Position numbers and translations under genes: made by a program
The notes under the pieces: model-generated
Told to the model about the DNA's origin: nothing
The model's input: only the letters and a program-made list of their open reading frames with translations
Database searches by the model: none
Part shown: positions 38,240 through 52,478 of the stretch, piece after piece
How the letters are laid out: the number at the start of each line of letters is the position of its first letter
Position numbering within the stretch: the stretch's first letter is position 1
Assembly (NCBI GenBank): GCA_030390025.1
Contig: CM059431.1
Span: 152,646,001 to 152,710,000 of the forward strand
DNA length: 64,000 nucleotides
Source of the DNA: Squalus acanthias
Lineage: Eukaryota
Direction: 5' to 3'

Positions 38240-39022
38240 ATGAGGAACGTCATACAGCTGCGTGTCCCGAAAAGGAAAATATTGCTTCTCATTGTTGTGT
38301 TTGTAGTGTGTTATTTTGTATCACTGCACATGGACGGACAGGCGGATATATTCCCAACAACTTTGCAAAAATCTTCACGGAAACCCACACAGACGTGCAG
38401 AAAGAAGCTTCATGATGTTCTTGATATCACCGAAAAAGATTCAAATTGCTTTGAAATAATCAGTGGCAACGAGGAAACCTTTCGAAGTTTGACCAATTTA
38501 ACTGGAATCGGAAACAAAGACCCGCACTTAACGGAAATCGATTATGTAAATTTATGCACAGATTGCGCTTCTTTCCTCAAATCCCACAAATACATAACTT
38601 TCCCCATAACCAGCGATGAACGCGATTTCCCCATTGCATATATAATTCTGATCCATCATAAAATTGAAATGTTTGAGAGACTTTTAAGGACCATTTATGC
38701 GCCGCAGAATGTGTACTGTGTCCACGTGGACAGGAAGTCTCCAGAACCATTTCATTCGGCAGTCGCAGCCATCGTCTCCTGTTTTGATAATGTCTTTATC
38801 ACCAGTAGATTGGAAAGCGTGGTATACGGATCATTTTCCAGGCTCCAGGCCGATATCAACTGCATGAGAGATCTGGTAAGAAGCACGAGCCCATGGAGAT
38901 ATCTCATCAATCTATGCGGACAGGATTTACCGATCAAAACTAATGCAGAATTTATCAAAGAACTCCTTTCTGTCAATGGTAGAAACATAATAGCATCTCA
39001 TCCACCAACAGCATTGAAAAGG
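38240..39022 (+). CDS. GCNT3: Beta-1,6-N-acetylglucosaminyltransferase (GT14, core 2/core 4 type, GCNT1/GCNT3-like), coding exon 1
   Basis: ATG at 38240; type II TM ILLLIVVFVVCYFV; FPIAYIILIHHKIEMFERLLRTIYAPQNVYCVHVDRKS; SRLQADINCMRDL; WRYLINLCGQDLPIKTN. Donor AGG|GTATAT after 39022 (phase 0). Orthology (GCNT1 or GCNT3) is not resolved. Confidence 0.9.
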
Positions 39023-39149
39023 GTATATTGTTACATCGGATGACAATTTATCTGTCTGTCTTCCTCTGTTGCGCTATTCAACAGTTTATCTCTCTCTCTC
39101 TACTTACACATCCAATCACTCTTCCATTTAATCATCAATCTACCAATCT

Positions 39150-39870
39150 ATTCATTCATTCTTCCATTCATTCATGTATTCATTCATTCATTTATTCACT
39201 CATTCATTCATTGATTCATTCACTCATTCATTCATTCATTCATTCATTCGTTCATTCATTCATTCATTCATTCATTCAACCATCCATTCGATCATTCATC
39301 CATCCATTATGACATCCATTCATCCATCCATCATGTCATTCATTCATTCATCCATTCATTCATTAATTCATTCATTATTTCATTCATTCATTCATTATTT
39401 CAATCATTCAATCATTCGTTCATCCATCCATCCATTCATTCATCCATTCATTCATTCATTCATTCATTCATTCATTCATTCATTCATCCATTCCATTATT
39501 CATTCATCCATTATGAAATTCATTCATCCATCCATTATGTCATTCGTTCATTCATCCATCCATTCATTCATTCATTCATTCATTCATTCATTCATTGATT
39601 CATTCATTCATTCATTCATTCATTCATCCATCCAACCATTCATTCATCAGTCATTCATTCATTCATTCATTCATTCATCCATTCATTCATTCATCCATCC
39701 AGCCATCCATCCATCCATCCTTCCATCCATCCATTCATTCATTCATTCATTCATTCATTCATTCATCCATCCATCTATTCATCCATCCATTCATCGAACT
39801 ATTCATCCATCCATTCATCCATCCAGCCGTCCATCCATTCGTTGCTCCATTCATACATACTTTCATCCAC
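39150..39870. repeat. Degenerate (CATT)n/(CATC)n microsatellite
   Basis: Directly visible tetranucleotide array; gives rise to the spurious HSFI-repeat ORFs. Confidence 0.97.
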
Positions 39871-39871
39871 G

Positions 39872-40965
39872 AATAAGAAATAGGAGCAGGAGCAGGCCAT
39901 TTGACCCTTCGAGCCTGCTGCGCCATTCAATAAGATTATATATGATCTTCTGCCTCATTTCCACTTTCTTCAACTATCCCCATTTGCCTTGATTTCATTA
40001 ATATTCAAAAAGCTAATGATATCTGTCTTGAATATATTCAACGACTGAGCTTCCACAGGCCTCTGGGGTAGAGAATGCCAAAGATTCACCACACTCTGAG
40101 TGAAGAAATTTCTCCTCATCTCAGTCCTAAATGCCCGATCCCTTATTCTGAGACTGTGACCCCCGATTCTAGAATCCCCAGTCAGGCGAAACATCCTCCC
40201 TGCATCTACCCTGTCAAGCCCTGCAAGAATGCTGTATGTTTCTATGAGATCACCTCTCATTCTTATAAACTCTAGAGAATATAGGCCTAGTCTACTCAAT
40301 CTCTCCTCATAGGACAGTCCCCCCATCCCAGGAACCAGTCTTGTGAACCTTCGTTGCACTCCCTCTATGGCAAGTATATCCTTCCTTACGTAAGGAGACC
40401 AAAACTGTACACAATACTCCAGGTGTGGTCTCAACAGGGCCCTATATAATTGCAGTCAAATGTCTTTACTCATATACTCAAATTCTCATAATAAAGGCCA
40501 ACATACCATTTGCTTTCCTAATTGGTTACTGTACCTGCATGTTAACTTTCAGTGATTTGAGTGCAAGGACACCAAATCCCTCTGAACACCAACATTTCCC
40601 AATCACTCACCATTTAAAAAATACTCTGCTTTTCCATTGTTCCTACCGAAGTGCAGAATTTCACATTTCTCCACGTTATATTCCATTTTCCATGCTCTTG
40701 TCCAATCACCTAGCCTGTCTATATCCCATTGAAGCCTCCTTGCATTCTCCTCACAACTTATATTCCCACCCAGCTTTGTATCCTGCAGCAAACTAGGATA
40801 TATTACATCCGATCCTCTCATCCAAATCGTTGATGTAGATTACGAATAGCTTAGGCCCAAGCACTGATCCTTGCAGTACCCCACTAATTACAGCATGCCA
40901 ACCCGAAAATGACCCGTATTTCCTACTCTCTGTTTTCTTTCCGTTAAACAAATTCTGAATCCATG
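39872..40965 (-). mobile_element. CR1 3' fragment within the GCNT intron
   Basis: RPHLEYCVQFWSPY..RMRGDLIETY..FFTQSVVNLW. Confidence 0.93.
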
Positions 40966-40974
40966 CTCGTACAG

Positions 40975-41900
<926 letters not shown>

Positions 41901-42192
41901 TCTCCCACATATAACAATTAATATAATTATGCGTTAATGGCGTGTGGAGTTTCACAACATGAACCGATTTATTTTCCCACATAATAAGAAATGGTTCCTG
42001 GTTGGGCTCGTTTGTCCTTACTTCTTACTCCGAAGTATTCATTCAAATCAGTATAAATAGACGTTTCCCGTTCGCCCTGCGTGGAGACAAGATGCGAATT
42101 CATTGAAACGGTTCTGTTGCAGGCACATTTAGTGTGAGTTTTAACAGCGAATGATTGGTGCTCATAATCCTTCCTCTTTGTGTCACTTTCAG

Positions 42193-42786
42193 AGACGGTG
42201 GCAGTACCGATATCGGGTTGGCAGCGTTGTATGGAGGACTGGTCAGTTGAAAGAGCAGCTAACAAATATCACGGTTTTCGCGGGAAACGCGTATTATGCG
42301 GTTACTAGGGAATTTGTTAACCACGTGTTGAGGAGCCCCGAAATCCAACAGTTCTTAAAGTGGTCTGAAGACACCTACAGTCCCGATGAACACATTTGGG
42401 CCACCATCCACAGAATGCCCGGCGTTCCCGGCTCTAGCCACTTTCGTGGCCCTTCCCCTCCCCCAAATGTCCCTGTCGTCCCGCGGTTGATAAAATGGCA
42501 GGTCCTGGAACGTGTGGGGAAGGAGGGAGGCAGATACTCGCCCTGCGCAGGTATTCACCGCCACGGTATCTGTGTCTACGGCGCTGGAGACTTGCACTGG
42601 ATCCTGCAGCATCAGCACCACCTGTTTGCCAACAAGTTCGACGCTGCAGTGGACAACACAGCAGTGAAATGCATTGAGGAATATCTCAGAGAAAAAGTCA
42701 TTAACGGAAACAGTTTTCTGCCCTGTGAAGAAGAGGAAACGCGGCTAGATGATTCCACCAGTCGTTTTGATTCAGCAACGGGATGA
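42193..42786 (+). CDS. GCNT3: GCNT1/GCNT3-like, coding exon 2
   Basis: Acceptor cactttcAG| at 42191-42192 in phase 0 gives PPTALKR|RRWQY (cf. PPKHKETRWKY). Contains GNAYYAVTREFV, catalytic DTYSPDEHIWAT, CAGIHRHGICVYGAGDL and LFANKFD; TGA ends at 42786. Joined CDS is 458 aa. Confidence 0.9.
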   Translation, partial: RRWQYRYRVGSVVWRTGQLKEQLTNITVFAGNAYYAVTREFVNHVLRSPEIQQFLKWSEDTYSPDEHIWATIHRMPGVPGSSHFRGPSPPPNVPVVPRLIKWQVLERVGKEGGRYSPCAGIHRHGICVYGAGDLHWILQHQHHLFANKFDAAVDNTAVKCIEEYLREKVINGNSFLPCEEEETRLDDSTSRFDSATG

Positions 42787-42845
42787 AAAGAGCCGGCACG
42801 CTTCCCCACGTTCGCTGCCTCAAGCGAAATGCTAACAGCTCTCTG

Positions 42846-42851
42846 AATAAA
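42846..42851 (+). terminator. Candidate polyadenylation signal of the GCNT gene
   Basis: AATAAA about 60 nt after the stop codon. Confidence 0.5.
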
Positions 42852-43739
42852 CGATTGCCTGTTTTGAGAGAAATGGTCGTTGGAGTAATTATCGCTTAGT
42901 TTACGAAATCGCTGACACTCGGGGACTAGAGAACAAACTTCTGGATTTTTTTGCGAAAGCTTTTCGTTTCTTCGTATGTCGAATGATACAGCAATCGCCG
43001 TCTAAAATAATTCATATGAACAGCTCTCGGCCATTCCGCCTATGGAGCTTGCTCCGCCATTGAATTAGTTCGTGGCAGATTTGTACCTTTGCTCCATTTA
43101 TCCACTTCAGCTCCAAAGCTCTTGAAAGCATTACCTGACAAAAATCTATCTCAGTCTTCAATTCTCCATTTCGCCGAGCAGCCACAGCATTTTGGAGCCG
43201 AGAATTCGTTGTTTCTACTGCCATTGTTTGTCAAAAGCTTTCTTCCTAATTTCCCTCTTAAATGGCCTACCTTTTGGGCCAGCATTTACTATAGCCGGCG
43301 GAGGAAGGAGACTTGCCCATGCCCATTTAATTTCCATGAGTTTTGCACTGCTAGTTGCTGTAAGTGTGAGTTGCACATGTTTTGGAGCCATCTACAAGGC
43401 GTCTGGGGCATGTGTCAACAGGGCATGCAACTGTGTATCACCTTAACCAATCAGATTGAAGTATGGTTAATGGACCGCGCAGTCCGAACCAGGATGTAGA
43501 CGTCAGAGTAGTGAATTCAATGTCAAATCAGGTACAGAAAGCGAAAAAAGTGAGGGAAATAAAGATTGGCTGAAGAGAAAGAGAACAATAGATGGAAAGA
43601 AAAAGTAAAGGTAGAACTCCAACAATTAAAATCTGAAGGAATGAGACTCCACAATTGTAAAAGTTAGTTTTCCAAGCTAGAGAGATTGTTTGGCAGCAAT
43701 TAAGACTTACTACGCCGTTAAAACGCATACTTAGACGAA

Positions 43740-46540
43740 ATTGAGTAGATTGGGCCTATACTTTCTGGAGTTTAGAAGAATGAGAGGTGATCTCATTGAA
43801 ACATCTAAGATTATGAGGGGGATTGACAGGGTAGATGCTGAGAGGGTGCTCCCCATGGCTGAAGACTACAGAACGAGGGAGCATAGTCTCTGAATAAGGG
43901 GTCGGCCATATAGGACAGAGATGAAGAGGAATTTCTTCACTCAGAGGGTTTTAAATCTTCAGATTTCCCTACCCCAAAGGGCTCTGGATGCTGAGTCGTT
44001 GAGTATATTCAAGGCTGAGATCGATATATTTTTGGCCTCTAGAGGAATCAAGGGATGGGGATCGGGCGGGAATGTCCAGGTCGAAGATCAGCCATGAACT
44101 TATAAAATGCGGAGCAGGCTCACGGGGCCCGATGGACTACTCCTGCTCCTTATTCTTATGTTCTTATGTACTTAAACGGAAAAGCTCTCATCTTCTGCGG
44201 CGAATTTATTTCATATCTACCATGCAACTACTGGAACTTCACACAGATCAATACATTGGAACAGTGAATCAGAAAGCGAGGTGCCGTTTTCACGAAGCTA
44301 ACGACAGGGGGCGCATTTAGGACAGCAACTTCTGGATTTTCGCGTTTAACGAATCATCTGCCCTCGCCTGAAGTTGCTGTAGGACTTGCGCATAAATAAT
44401 GGCAAACGCCGTTATCCTCGCCGTTATGTTGACAGTGAAATCTGTCCTCTTATGTCCCCACGTTCTTGATTTGTCAACAGAAGGAATAGTTTCTCTGCAT
44501 CAACCCTATCTTATCCTCTTGACATTTTATGCACCTCGAACAGCTCACTCCTCAATCGCCTATACTGAAGGGAGCGTTTACACAACATGTTATGAGAACT
44601 TACCCATCGAAGCAGGTGCATCATTTTGGTGAATCTGCACTGCACCCCCTCCAAAGCCAATATATCCTGCCTGAGACCTGGTGCCCAAATCTGAACGCAG
44701 TACTCGAGAAGGAGTTCAATCAACGCTTATATAACTGATGCATAACTTCCAACCATTTGTATTACAGACCCCTAGAGGTAAAGGCCAACACTACATTAGC
44801 CTTTTAAATTATTTTTAAACCAGTCCACTGGTTTTAGTGATTTCTGCACTTGTATCCATAAATCTCTCTCCTCCTCCACAGACCATAGTTTCTCACCATT
44901 TATAAAGTAGTCTGGTCTATCTTTCTTAGCCACAAAGTACATGACGACACACTTCCGCACATTGATCTCCATCTGCCACAGTATTACCCACACACTTAAT
45001 CTATCAATGCCCCTTCGCAACTTTCTGCTTCCATCTACATTACTTACTGCGCCTGCTAACTTGGTGTTGTCATCAAACCTGGATATATGGATCTCTAGTT
45101 CTTCAGTTAAGTCATGTATAAATATAGTGAACATCTGAGACCAAAGTACAGGAACCTGAGGGACATCTCTACTCACTTGCTGCCAATTGGAGTATTTACC
45201 AATAATCCCTACGTTTTCTATTTCCCAACCGATTCCCTATCCATTTCAATAGCTTCTATCCAATTTCATTGTGTCTAATTTTTGTTTACAGTCTCTTATG
45301 TGGAACCTTATCGAATGCCTTCTGGAAATCCATGTAAATAAATTCCACAGACACTCCCGTATCTACCACGTTAATTGCCTCCTCCAAAAAATCAGCCACT
45401 TAATTTGGACATGACTAAAGCTTTACTAATCCATGCTGGTTCTCGCTGATCAGTTCACGCTAGTCCAAGTGCTCAGTCACTCTGTCCCTAATAATAGATT
45501 CTAGTAACTTCCCCACAACAAACGTTAGACTAATACGGCTAAAATTTCCCAGTTTATCTCTATTACCCTTCTTAAATAGTGGGCTGACATTGGCAATTTT
45601 CCAATGCAAGGGGACAATTCCTGAATCCAGATAGTTTGAAAAGATCATGACTAGAGCATCCAGAATTTCATCACCTGTTCCTTTCAATACCCTGGACTGG
45701 AAACCATCAGCGCCTGGAGACTTGACCATCTTTATTCTCATTATTGTCTCCATTATCACTTTCTAAACTTATATTAAATTTAGAAAGTTGCTCTCCTTGA
45801 TTTATGTTTCCTTTTCCTTGTATCTCTGGTACTTTATCCTCATCCTCTGCTGTGAAGATCGATAAAAGGTGAGTATTTAACAAATCTGCTTTTTTTCTGC
45901 TTTTCAATTACAATATCATATATATATCTGTCTTTAAGAGTCTCACATTAATCTTAGCCACCCTTTTACTCTTAATACACTTGTAAAAAAAACTTTAGTT
46001 TTGTCCTTGCTTCCCCTAGCAAGTTTATTCTTATATTCCCTATTAGAAGCTCGGATGACTTTCTTTGCATCCCTTTGCTGTTCTTTATATCTCCCCTAAC
46101 CCTCCAGATATTCACTGTTCTTTGCGTTCATATAAGCCCTTTTGATTTATTTCATACTATCCATCACGTCTCTTGTTGACCAAGGTCCTTTAATTAAACA
46201 AGAAGCGCTCTTGCCCTATACAGGTATGCACAGGTGTAGTGTTCAATCAAATATGTAGTTGAACACCTCTCACCATTCATCTGTAGTTTTAGCCATGACT
46301 ATTTCAGAGATGTTTATTGTGGTCAATTTTTGCCTCATTCCTCTAACGTTCATTTGACCTAAATTTAGAACCTTGGTTCGTGACTCATCTTTCTCCCTCA
46401 CATAACTAATCAGGTTATGGTCACAGTTAGCTAGGTGTTCCTTACCGTTATCTTATTGGACGTTTCGGGGCCCATTACTCATCACTAAATCTAGTAAGAC
46501 CTGATCTCTTGTTGGGTCAAATACATAACGTTACAAAAAG
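43740..46540. mobile_element. CR1 fragments (+ ~43740-44170; old - strand copy ~44450-46540) amid MITE-like pieces (~43275-43740, ~44190-44450)
   Basis: KSPGADGFQSRVLK..WKIANVSPLFKKG, SRFDDNTKL, LLEYCVQIWAP. Confidence 0.8.
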
Positions 46541-46689
46541 ATTGAGGCACAGATTAGCCATTGAATGGCGAAGCAGACGCCAGAGGATGTATCCCTGTTA
46601 TTAATGTTCCTGTATTCCTATGAAACCGGATATTGTAGCGTAATAAAATGGGTGTCTTACAAGAATAACAATCCTGGAGGCGTACACCA

Positions 46690-46990
46690 ATAATCTGGAG
46701 TGTCTGAGTTCAAATCCCAGTTTGATCATTTGAATTTACTTATAAATATTCTGGAAATAAGACGCTGTTTTTTAGTAAAAGTGAACATGCAACTGTCAGA
46801 CTGTCGCAAAAGCCTACAGGAAAGGAACCATCCGTCCTTGCCTGCTCTGGCCTATATGTGACTCCAGTCCCACACCAATTTGATTGACTGTGAACTGCCC
46901 GATAAAGTGGCCTGAGAAGCCATTCAGTTACCACTTAGGAAGGACAATAAATTCCGGCCTTGCCAACGACGCCCACGCCCCAAGAATGAA
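46690..46990 (+). mobile_element. tRNA-derived SINE (family uncertain)
   Basis: B-box-like gagttcaaatccc; body ctggcctatatgtgactccag recalled as a common shark SINE core. Confidence 0.6.
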
Positions 46991-46994
46991 GAAA

Positions 46995-48460
46995 ACGCAT
47001 ACGGTCAACGAAGTTACTCAGATATGAAGTCAGACATTTTACTCTGTTGAGGGTCCAGAAGGAAAAATAAGAACATTACTTCTGTGGAAGATATTAATGA
47101 ACTTATTATAAATTGGGAGGAATTAAAACAGGTTAAGTTTTAATCACGTTTCCTCTAAGACCCTTGTGCATGTGGCAGCAAGAGCAGAGGGACCTTTAAT
47201 TCAGTTTGGTGAAGATGAGTGTCACCGCGAAAGGGCGACGAGAATGGGAGCTACCGTATCTGGACTATAGCGATCACAGGATGATGAAGTTCGACTGAAA
47301 TTCCCCGTCGAATACCATGGGGTACAACTTAAAACTAAATCAACTTAAAGGAAACTAGATTTAATGGCAAATGTATTTGCGGGAGATTGCATAGTGGCAT
47401 AGTGGTTAGCACTGTTGCCTCATAGCGCCAGGGGCCCGGGTTGGAATCCGGCCTCCGGTGACTGTCTGTGTGGAGTTTGCACATTCTCCCCGTGTCTGCG
47501 TGGGTTTCCTCTGGGTGCTCCGGTTTCCTCCCACAATCCAAAGATGTGCGGGTTAGGTTGATTTGGCTATGATAAAATTGACCATTAGTGTTAGGGGGAT
47601 TAAATACGTGGGGTTACGGGGATAGGGTGGGACATGTGTCGGTGCAGGCTCGATGGGCCGAAATGGCCTCTATCTGCATTGTGGGGATTCTGTGACCTGT
47701 GATTGCGTAATTAAAGCTCAATTTTGAAAGAAATGGAGTACATGCATATTCACCCTGCAGAACATGTGGAGTGTTTATATACTTAGTGTCTGTAAATGCA
47801 CTGTAAGACTCGCAGCTCTAAACAGACTCACGAAGCAATCAGAAGGGAAAAGAGAAAGAACTTTTGCAGAGACGGATAGTGATGGAGACACACGGATCAA
47901 TACGGAAACTTTCAGATACGCGTTGGACAGACGGACAAAGATGAATCTCAAAAAAAGCACATCTGCAGATTGTAACATTAACTGCAAGAATTTGTTCCAG
48001 TAATATACACCAAAAAACAAGATGGAGATCAGAGGAGAGTCGCATAGCAATATCAGGATGTCAAATCAAATCAAGTATCAAATCAAACCAATCAATGATC
48101 AGAACCACTCTGTTGCAATAGTGTGAAATTACCAGTTTCCATGTTGGATCTTCAGTCGATGTTCGAACCGGTTCTGCTGATTTAGTGCGAATTTATGCCT
48201 GATTTGCTGCAGTTACCTTGTGCACTCAGTCCTCTAAAGGGCTGGGTGGAAAATGTGCTAACTTATCTCAGTGAGGACCACTCCAGCCAGCAGAGAGAAG
48301 CCCCTACCCTCCATCATTCTATACGTGATGTGCACAAATTTCACTGGTTAATGAGAGTGTAATCCCATTGAATGACCCAGACCCCTCTACAGCGGAAAGT
48401 ATCCGGTTTACCAACTGTCACCAACGTACATTTTAATTCAGCTCTCAATAGGAAGATAAA
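46995..48460 (+). pseudogene. DTX3L-like (Deltex RING plus DTC) relic, split by the V-SINE
   Basis: AQF*KKWSTCIFTLQN (47716-47763; cf. DDFRKRHPNVHFVLNQ), ETDSDGD (cf. DIDSDD), KHICRL* (47955-47975; cf. KGICVIC), AIV*NYQFP (cf. TIVITYSMK), ENVLTYL (cf. RKVLKLL), ILYVMCTNFTG/VNESVIPLND (cf. [20 protein letters not shown]), GLPT..LNRKI (cf. GYPD..LKAKGI). Requires several frameshifts. Confidence 0.4.
47385..47695 (+). mobile_element. V-SINE (HE1-like)
   Basis: tRNA head agtggttagcactgttgcctca plus V-domain tgtgtggagtttgcacattctccccgtgtctgcgtgggtttcctc..cggtttcctcccaca; CR1-type tail. Confidence 0.92.
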
Positions 48461-48909
48461 GTTTACCAAGACCAGTAAACATTATCACTACATGAGTCCA
48501 GCGAGAGATAGCCACGTTATATTGCCTTCAGTGTATAATGCGAAAGACCAGTAACTCCAAGTTGACGCACAACAGGAATACTGCTCTCCAATCTCCAGCG
48601 AGAGAATTCGGAAGTTCCTGGGAGACAGGGTTGTTTTGATTTTACAGCAGGTTGTGTCCCTTTGAGAATTCCCTGCCCTGTACAGACAAGGAAGGAAAAA
48701 CCTGTTAAATAATGTGTACGTACACAGAAGCATCGTAAGGTAGTCCTATTGTTTTTAGATGAATCAATGAGCCTGATATAGTTTAGGCTTTCCAGGTTAA
48801 GCTTTTGTAACTTTTAAATGACGTTAGGATGTTAAGAGACCGGCACAGCAAAATTCTAATCAGGTTACTTTCTAAGCATTAAGTAAAGTTAAGAATATAT
48901 AGAAAGGAA

Positions 48910-49745
48910 GACTTGTGATTATATAGCACATTTCACGACATTAGGGCGTCCCAAAGCGCTGTACGGGATGTTTGAAGTCTAGTATTTGTTGTAATGAGGG
49001 AAACGCCGCAGTCAATTTGCGCAGAGGAAGGACCTACAAACAGCAATGTGATAATGACCAGATTATCTGTTTTAATTATGTCGGTTGAGAGGTAAATATT
49101 GGCCAGGACTCCCCTGCTCTACTTCGAAATACTGGATCATTTGAATGTCGAACGTCAAATCCCCTGTAATGTTGCGGAACACTTGGAGTACTGCAAAGAA
49201 TTCTGCTCGCCATATTATAAAAAGGACACAGAGGCACAGGAGAGGGTGCAAAATAGATTCACAAGGATGATACCAGAAATACGAGTGTATACCTATCAGA
49301 AAAGGATGAACAGGCTGGGTCTTTTTTCTCTTGAAAAGAGAGGGCTGAGGGGTGAACTAATAAAGTTCTTTAAAATGATGAAAAGTTTTGATAGAGTAGA
49401 TACAGAGAGAGTGTTTCCACTTGTTGGGAAGAGCAAAACTAGACACCATCCATAAAAGATAGTCACCAAGAATTCAAATAGGGAAATCAGAAAGAACTTG
49501 TTTACCCAGAGAGTGGTGAGAATGTGGAACTCGCTACCACAGGGAGTGGTTGAGGGAAATAGTATAGATGTATTTAAGGGGACGCTAGATAAGCATATGA
49601 GGGAGAAGGGAGTAGAAGGTTATGCTGATAGAGTTAGATGAGGAAAGACGGGAAGAGACTCGAGTGGAGCATAAACGCCGACATGAACTGGTTGGGCCGA
49701 ATGGCCTGTTTCGATGCTGTATATCCTATGTAATCCTATGTAATA
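48910..49745. mobile_element. DeuSINE 3' piece (-, ~48910-49135) and CR1 3' fragment (+, ~49175-49745)
   Basis: HLEYCKEFCSPYY..LGLFSLEKRGLRGELI; SINE tail motifs. Confidence 0.8.
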
Positions 49746-50114
49746 TGTAATTTGATTTTGGTGCCTTGCTATGTGCCTCATTGGTTGCTGTATATTTCTC
49801 CCTAACAAGAGTAGCCGCTCTTGAAACACAAATGATAGGCTGTGAAACACATTTTGCGCCCCGAGGAAGTAAAACGCTATAAGATGCAATTACCTTTTTA
49901 GTTCTATAAGAAAGGTTACATTTTCAGAGTCACAGTAAGTACAGAGAAATACATTGAAGTATTGAAGTTTGAACACGGAAACAGGCGACTGCGCCCAAAA
50001 AGTCCATGTCCGTGGTCACCTTCCGTCCCGCAAATACATCTAATCATAGCTACCCGCCCTGGTGCCATATCCCTTCAATCCTTTTTTCCATCATCTGCCT
50101 ATCATATATCATTT

Positions 50115-50560
50115 AGGTGTCGAATGTTGCTCAGTGGAAGCACTCATGCATCTGAACCAGATGGTCGTGGGTTCAAGAGACCTGAACACAAGATCTAAGC
50201 CGACACTCCAGTGCAGTCCAGAGGGAGTGCTGAAATGCCGTAAGTGCTGTCTTTCGGATGAGACTTTAAATTGAGACACCGTCTGTCTTCTCTGGCCGAC
50301 GTAAAAGATCCCATGGTGCTCCCGGAAGAAGTGCTGGGGAGGTCTGCAGGTGTCCCAGCCAATATTTTTCCCTTTACCAACATTCATTAAAACGGATTGT
50401 CTGGTCATCGTCTCATTATTGTTTGTGGGATATTGTCGTGCTCATATTGGCTGCGATTTTCCTACATTACAACAACTTCCAAAGTAGTTAATTAACTGTA
50501 AAGCGCTTTGGGACGTCCTGAGTTCCTGCAACGTGCTGTATAAGTCCAAATTATTTCTTC
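50115..50560 (+). mobile_element. DeuSINE (SacSINE1-like)
   Basis: cgacactccagtgcagt..tctttcggatgagact..aaaagatcccatgg core. Confidence 0.85.
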
Positions 50561-50838
50561 TTTCATTTAATCTTGAATGTTGACATGATTTGTGCCCCAG
50601 CCATTGTCCTATCATTTGGGGCATAACCGTAACTTAAGTGCATCAGCAGCTTTAGCTGGATTTAGCTTGCTTACAGCATCACAGAGCGATGTTTAAATCT
50701 AAGTTTGCAGTAAGATCGAACTCGGCCGAGTGTTGCAGTTTGTATTCAACGTGTTACTGGAAACACCCCAGTATTTTGGCCGTTGCTGTGACATCTAACC
50801 ATGAAACCTCCCAGTCCTTTCTTTTGCCCATTCATTTA

Positions 50839-50993
50839 GTGCTAGAAATTCATCTCGGGCGGTGGTGAAAACGGGCGGTATCGGATCGGCAGCCCGTTAT
50901 ACGCAGCGCCTGATATTCAGTTCTATTACAGTCGATGGAACTGAATCCGATACTGCACGTTTTTTGACACCGCCCGAGACGAATTTCTCGGCC
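50839..50993. mobile_element. Short fold-back MITE
   Basis: agaaattcatctcgggcggtg pairs with caccgcccgagacgaatttct; inner attcagttctat/atggaactgaat. Confidence 0.75.
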
Positions 50994-51281
50994 TTAATCT
51001 AGTAATGTCTCTTTGTAATTGTATGCACTCGGCTACACTACTTACTATGCCACCAATATGTGATTCATCGGCGGACTTGCATTTGTGGCTCACCATTGTG
51101 TTATCGAAATCATAAATACATATAGTGAATAGTTGAGGCACCAGCACAGTTCCTGGTGGGACACCACGATTCACTTCCCTCCAATTCGAGTACATATACT
51201 TAATGCACATCACAAGGAATAAAATACGCTCGCCAGTCCGTATTAGCACCCATAAAAATAGATAACAAGGAAGAATACTTC

Positions 51282-51916
51282 GGCCGTAATTTCCGATGCC
51301 TACGGGTGTGTACGAGCTGTGTGCTGAAAACCGGCACTTCCGATCTGTCAATAATTCTCTTGACAGATCGCACGCCTGCACTGAAGAACGGCTTTTGCGG
51401 GTGCAGTGTTCCGCTTTCTGCAGAACCTCCGCCCGCTGAAATCCCTTAAAAATATTACACCTGGTAAAAGCATAAGGATTAAAAAGGTAAAAAAAAAATG
51501 TTCCACTAATTTATAATTGAAAAATACGTTTAAAAATGCTAAGTTTATTTTTAGCCCCGTAAATACATTTTTGTTTAACATATTTAATTTAATGTAATTT
51601 TGATGCATTAAAAACCGTGATTTTTAAAGATGTATTTAATGTTGTATCTTTTTCAGTGATCCCCATTCATACTTTTGACAGGTCTACCGATCAAACGTAT
51701 GAAGGGGATTCCCTTCTCCCATTCTCCCATTGGCTCGTCTGGCCCACGTGATCCCAGGGATGCTTTCGAACCGCCTGCGCCCCTGGGATACCTGGGCCTT
51801 TGCGCGCGCAGCGGGAGAGGCCCAGGAGCGGAAGAGTCCGGACCTCGGGAACCCTCAGGTCAGATCGGAGATTTTTTTCCCGCACGCAGGATGCCACCTA
51901 TCGGAAATTACGGGCC
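51282..51916. mobile_element. MITE-like element with both terminal inverted repeats
   Basis: ggccgtaatttccgat (51282-51297) versus atcggaaattacgggcc (51900-51916); same body as the copies at 17388 and 24490. Confidence 0.8.
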
Positions 51917-52478
51917 ATTATGTACAATAACATCTAAATACAAAAACCTGCAAAATCCCAATATTCACACGCTCGCGGGTGCCTGCCATCATCACAGTGC
52001 GGCCAATACGTTTCTTTTGAACAAAGTTAACAGTAACTTTCGAAAGGGAATTGGGTAAATACTTGAAGGGGTAAAATAGGGCTATGGAGAAAGAACAGGA
52101 GATTTGGACTACTTGGATAGCTCTTTCAAAGAGCCAGTTCAGGCATGATGTGCCGCATGGTCCCTTCTGTGCTGTGTCATTTTATGATTCCATCATTTGG
52201 GTTCTAAGAGGCAATATACAATGTGCAGAAGAGGGAGATATTTGGCTTGTCGCGGGACTGCTAGAATGAGTGCGGGCTCAGGTTGGATGTGCAGATCAAA
52301 GGGAAACGAACATGTTGGGTCTTTCAGGTGAGTCCTGTGTTTTGGAACTCTATCCCCTCTGAGTCATAATGTCTCCGGTTGAAGACCGCTCCAGAGACCG
52401 AACACACATTCCATACTGACACTCAGAGGAAAAGTTTAACCGAGCCCAATTGTAATATTGCAAGAAGAGTAGGAAAGT

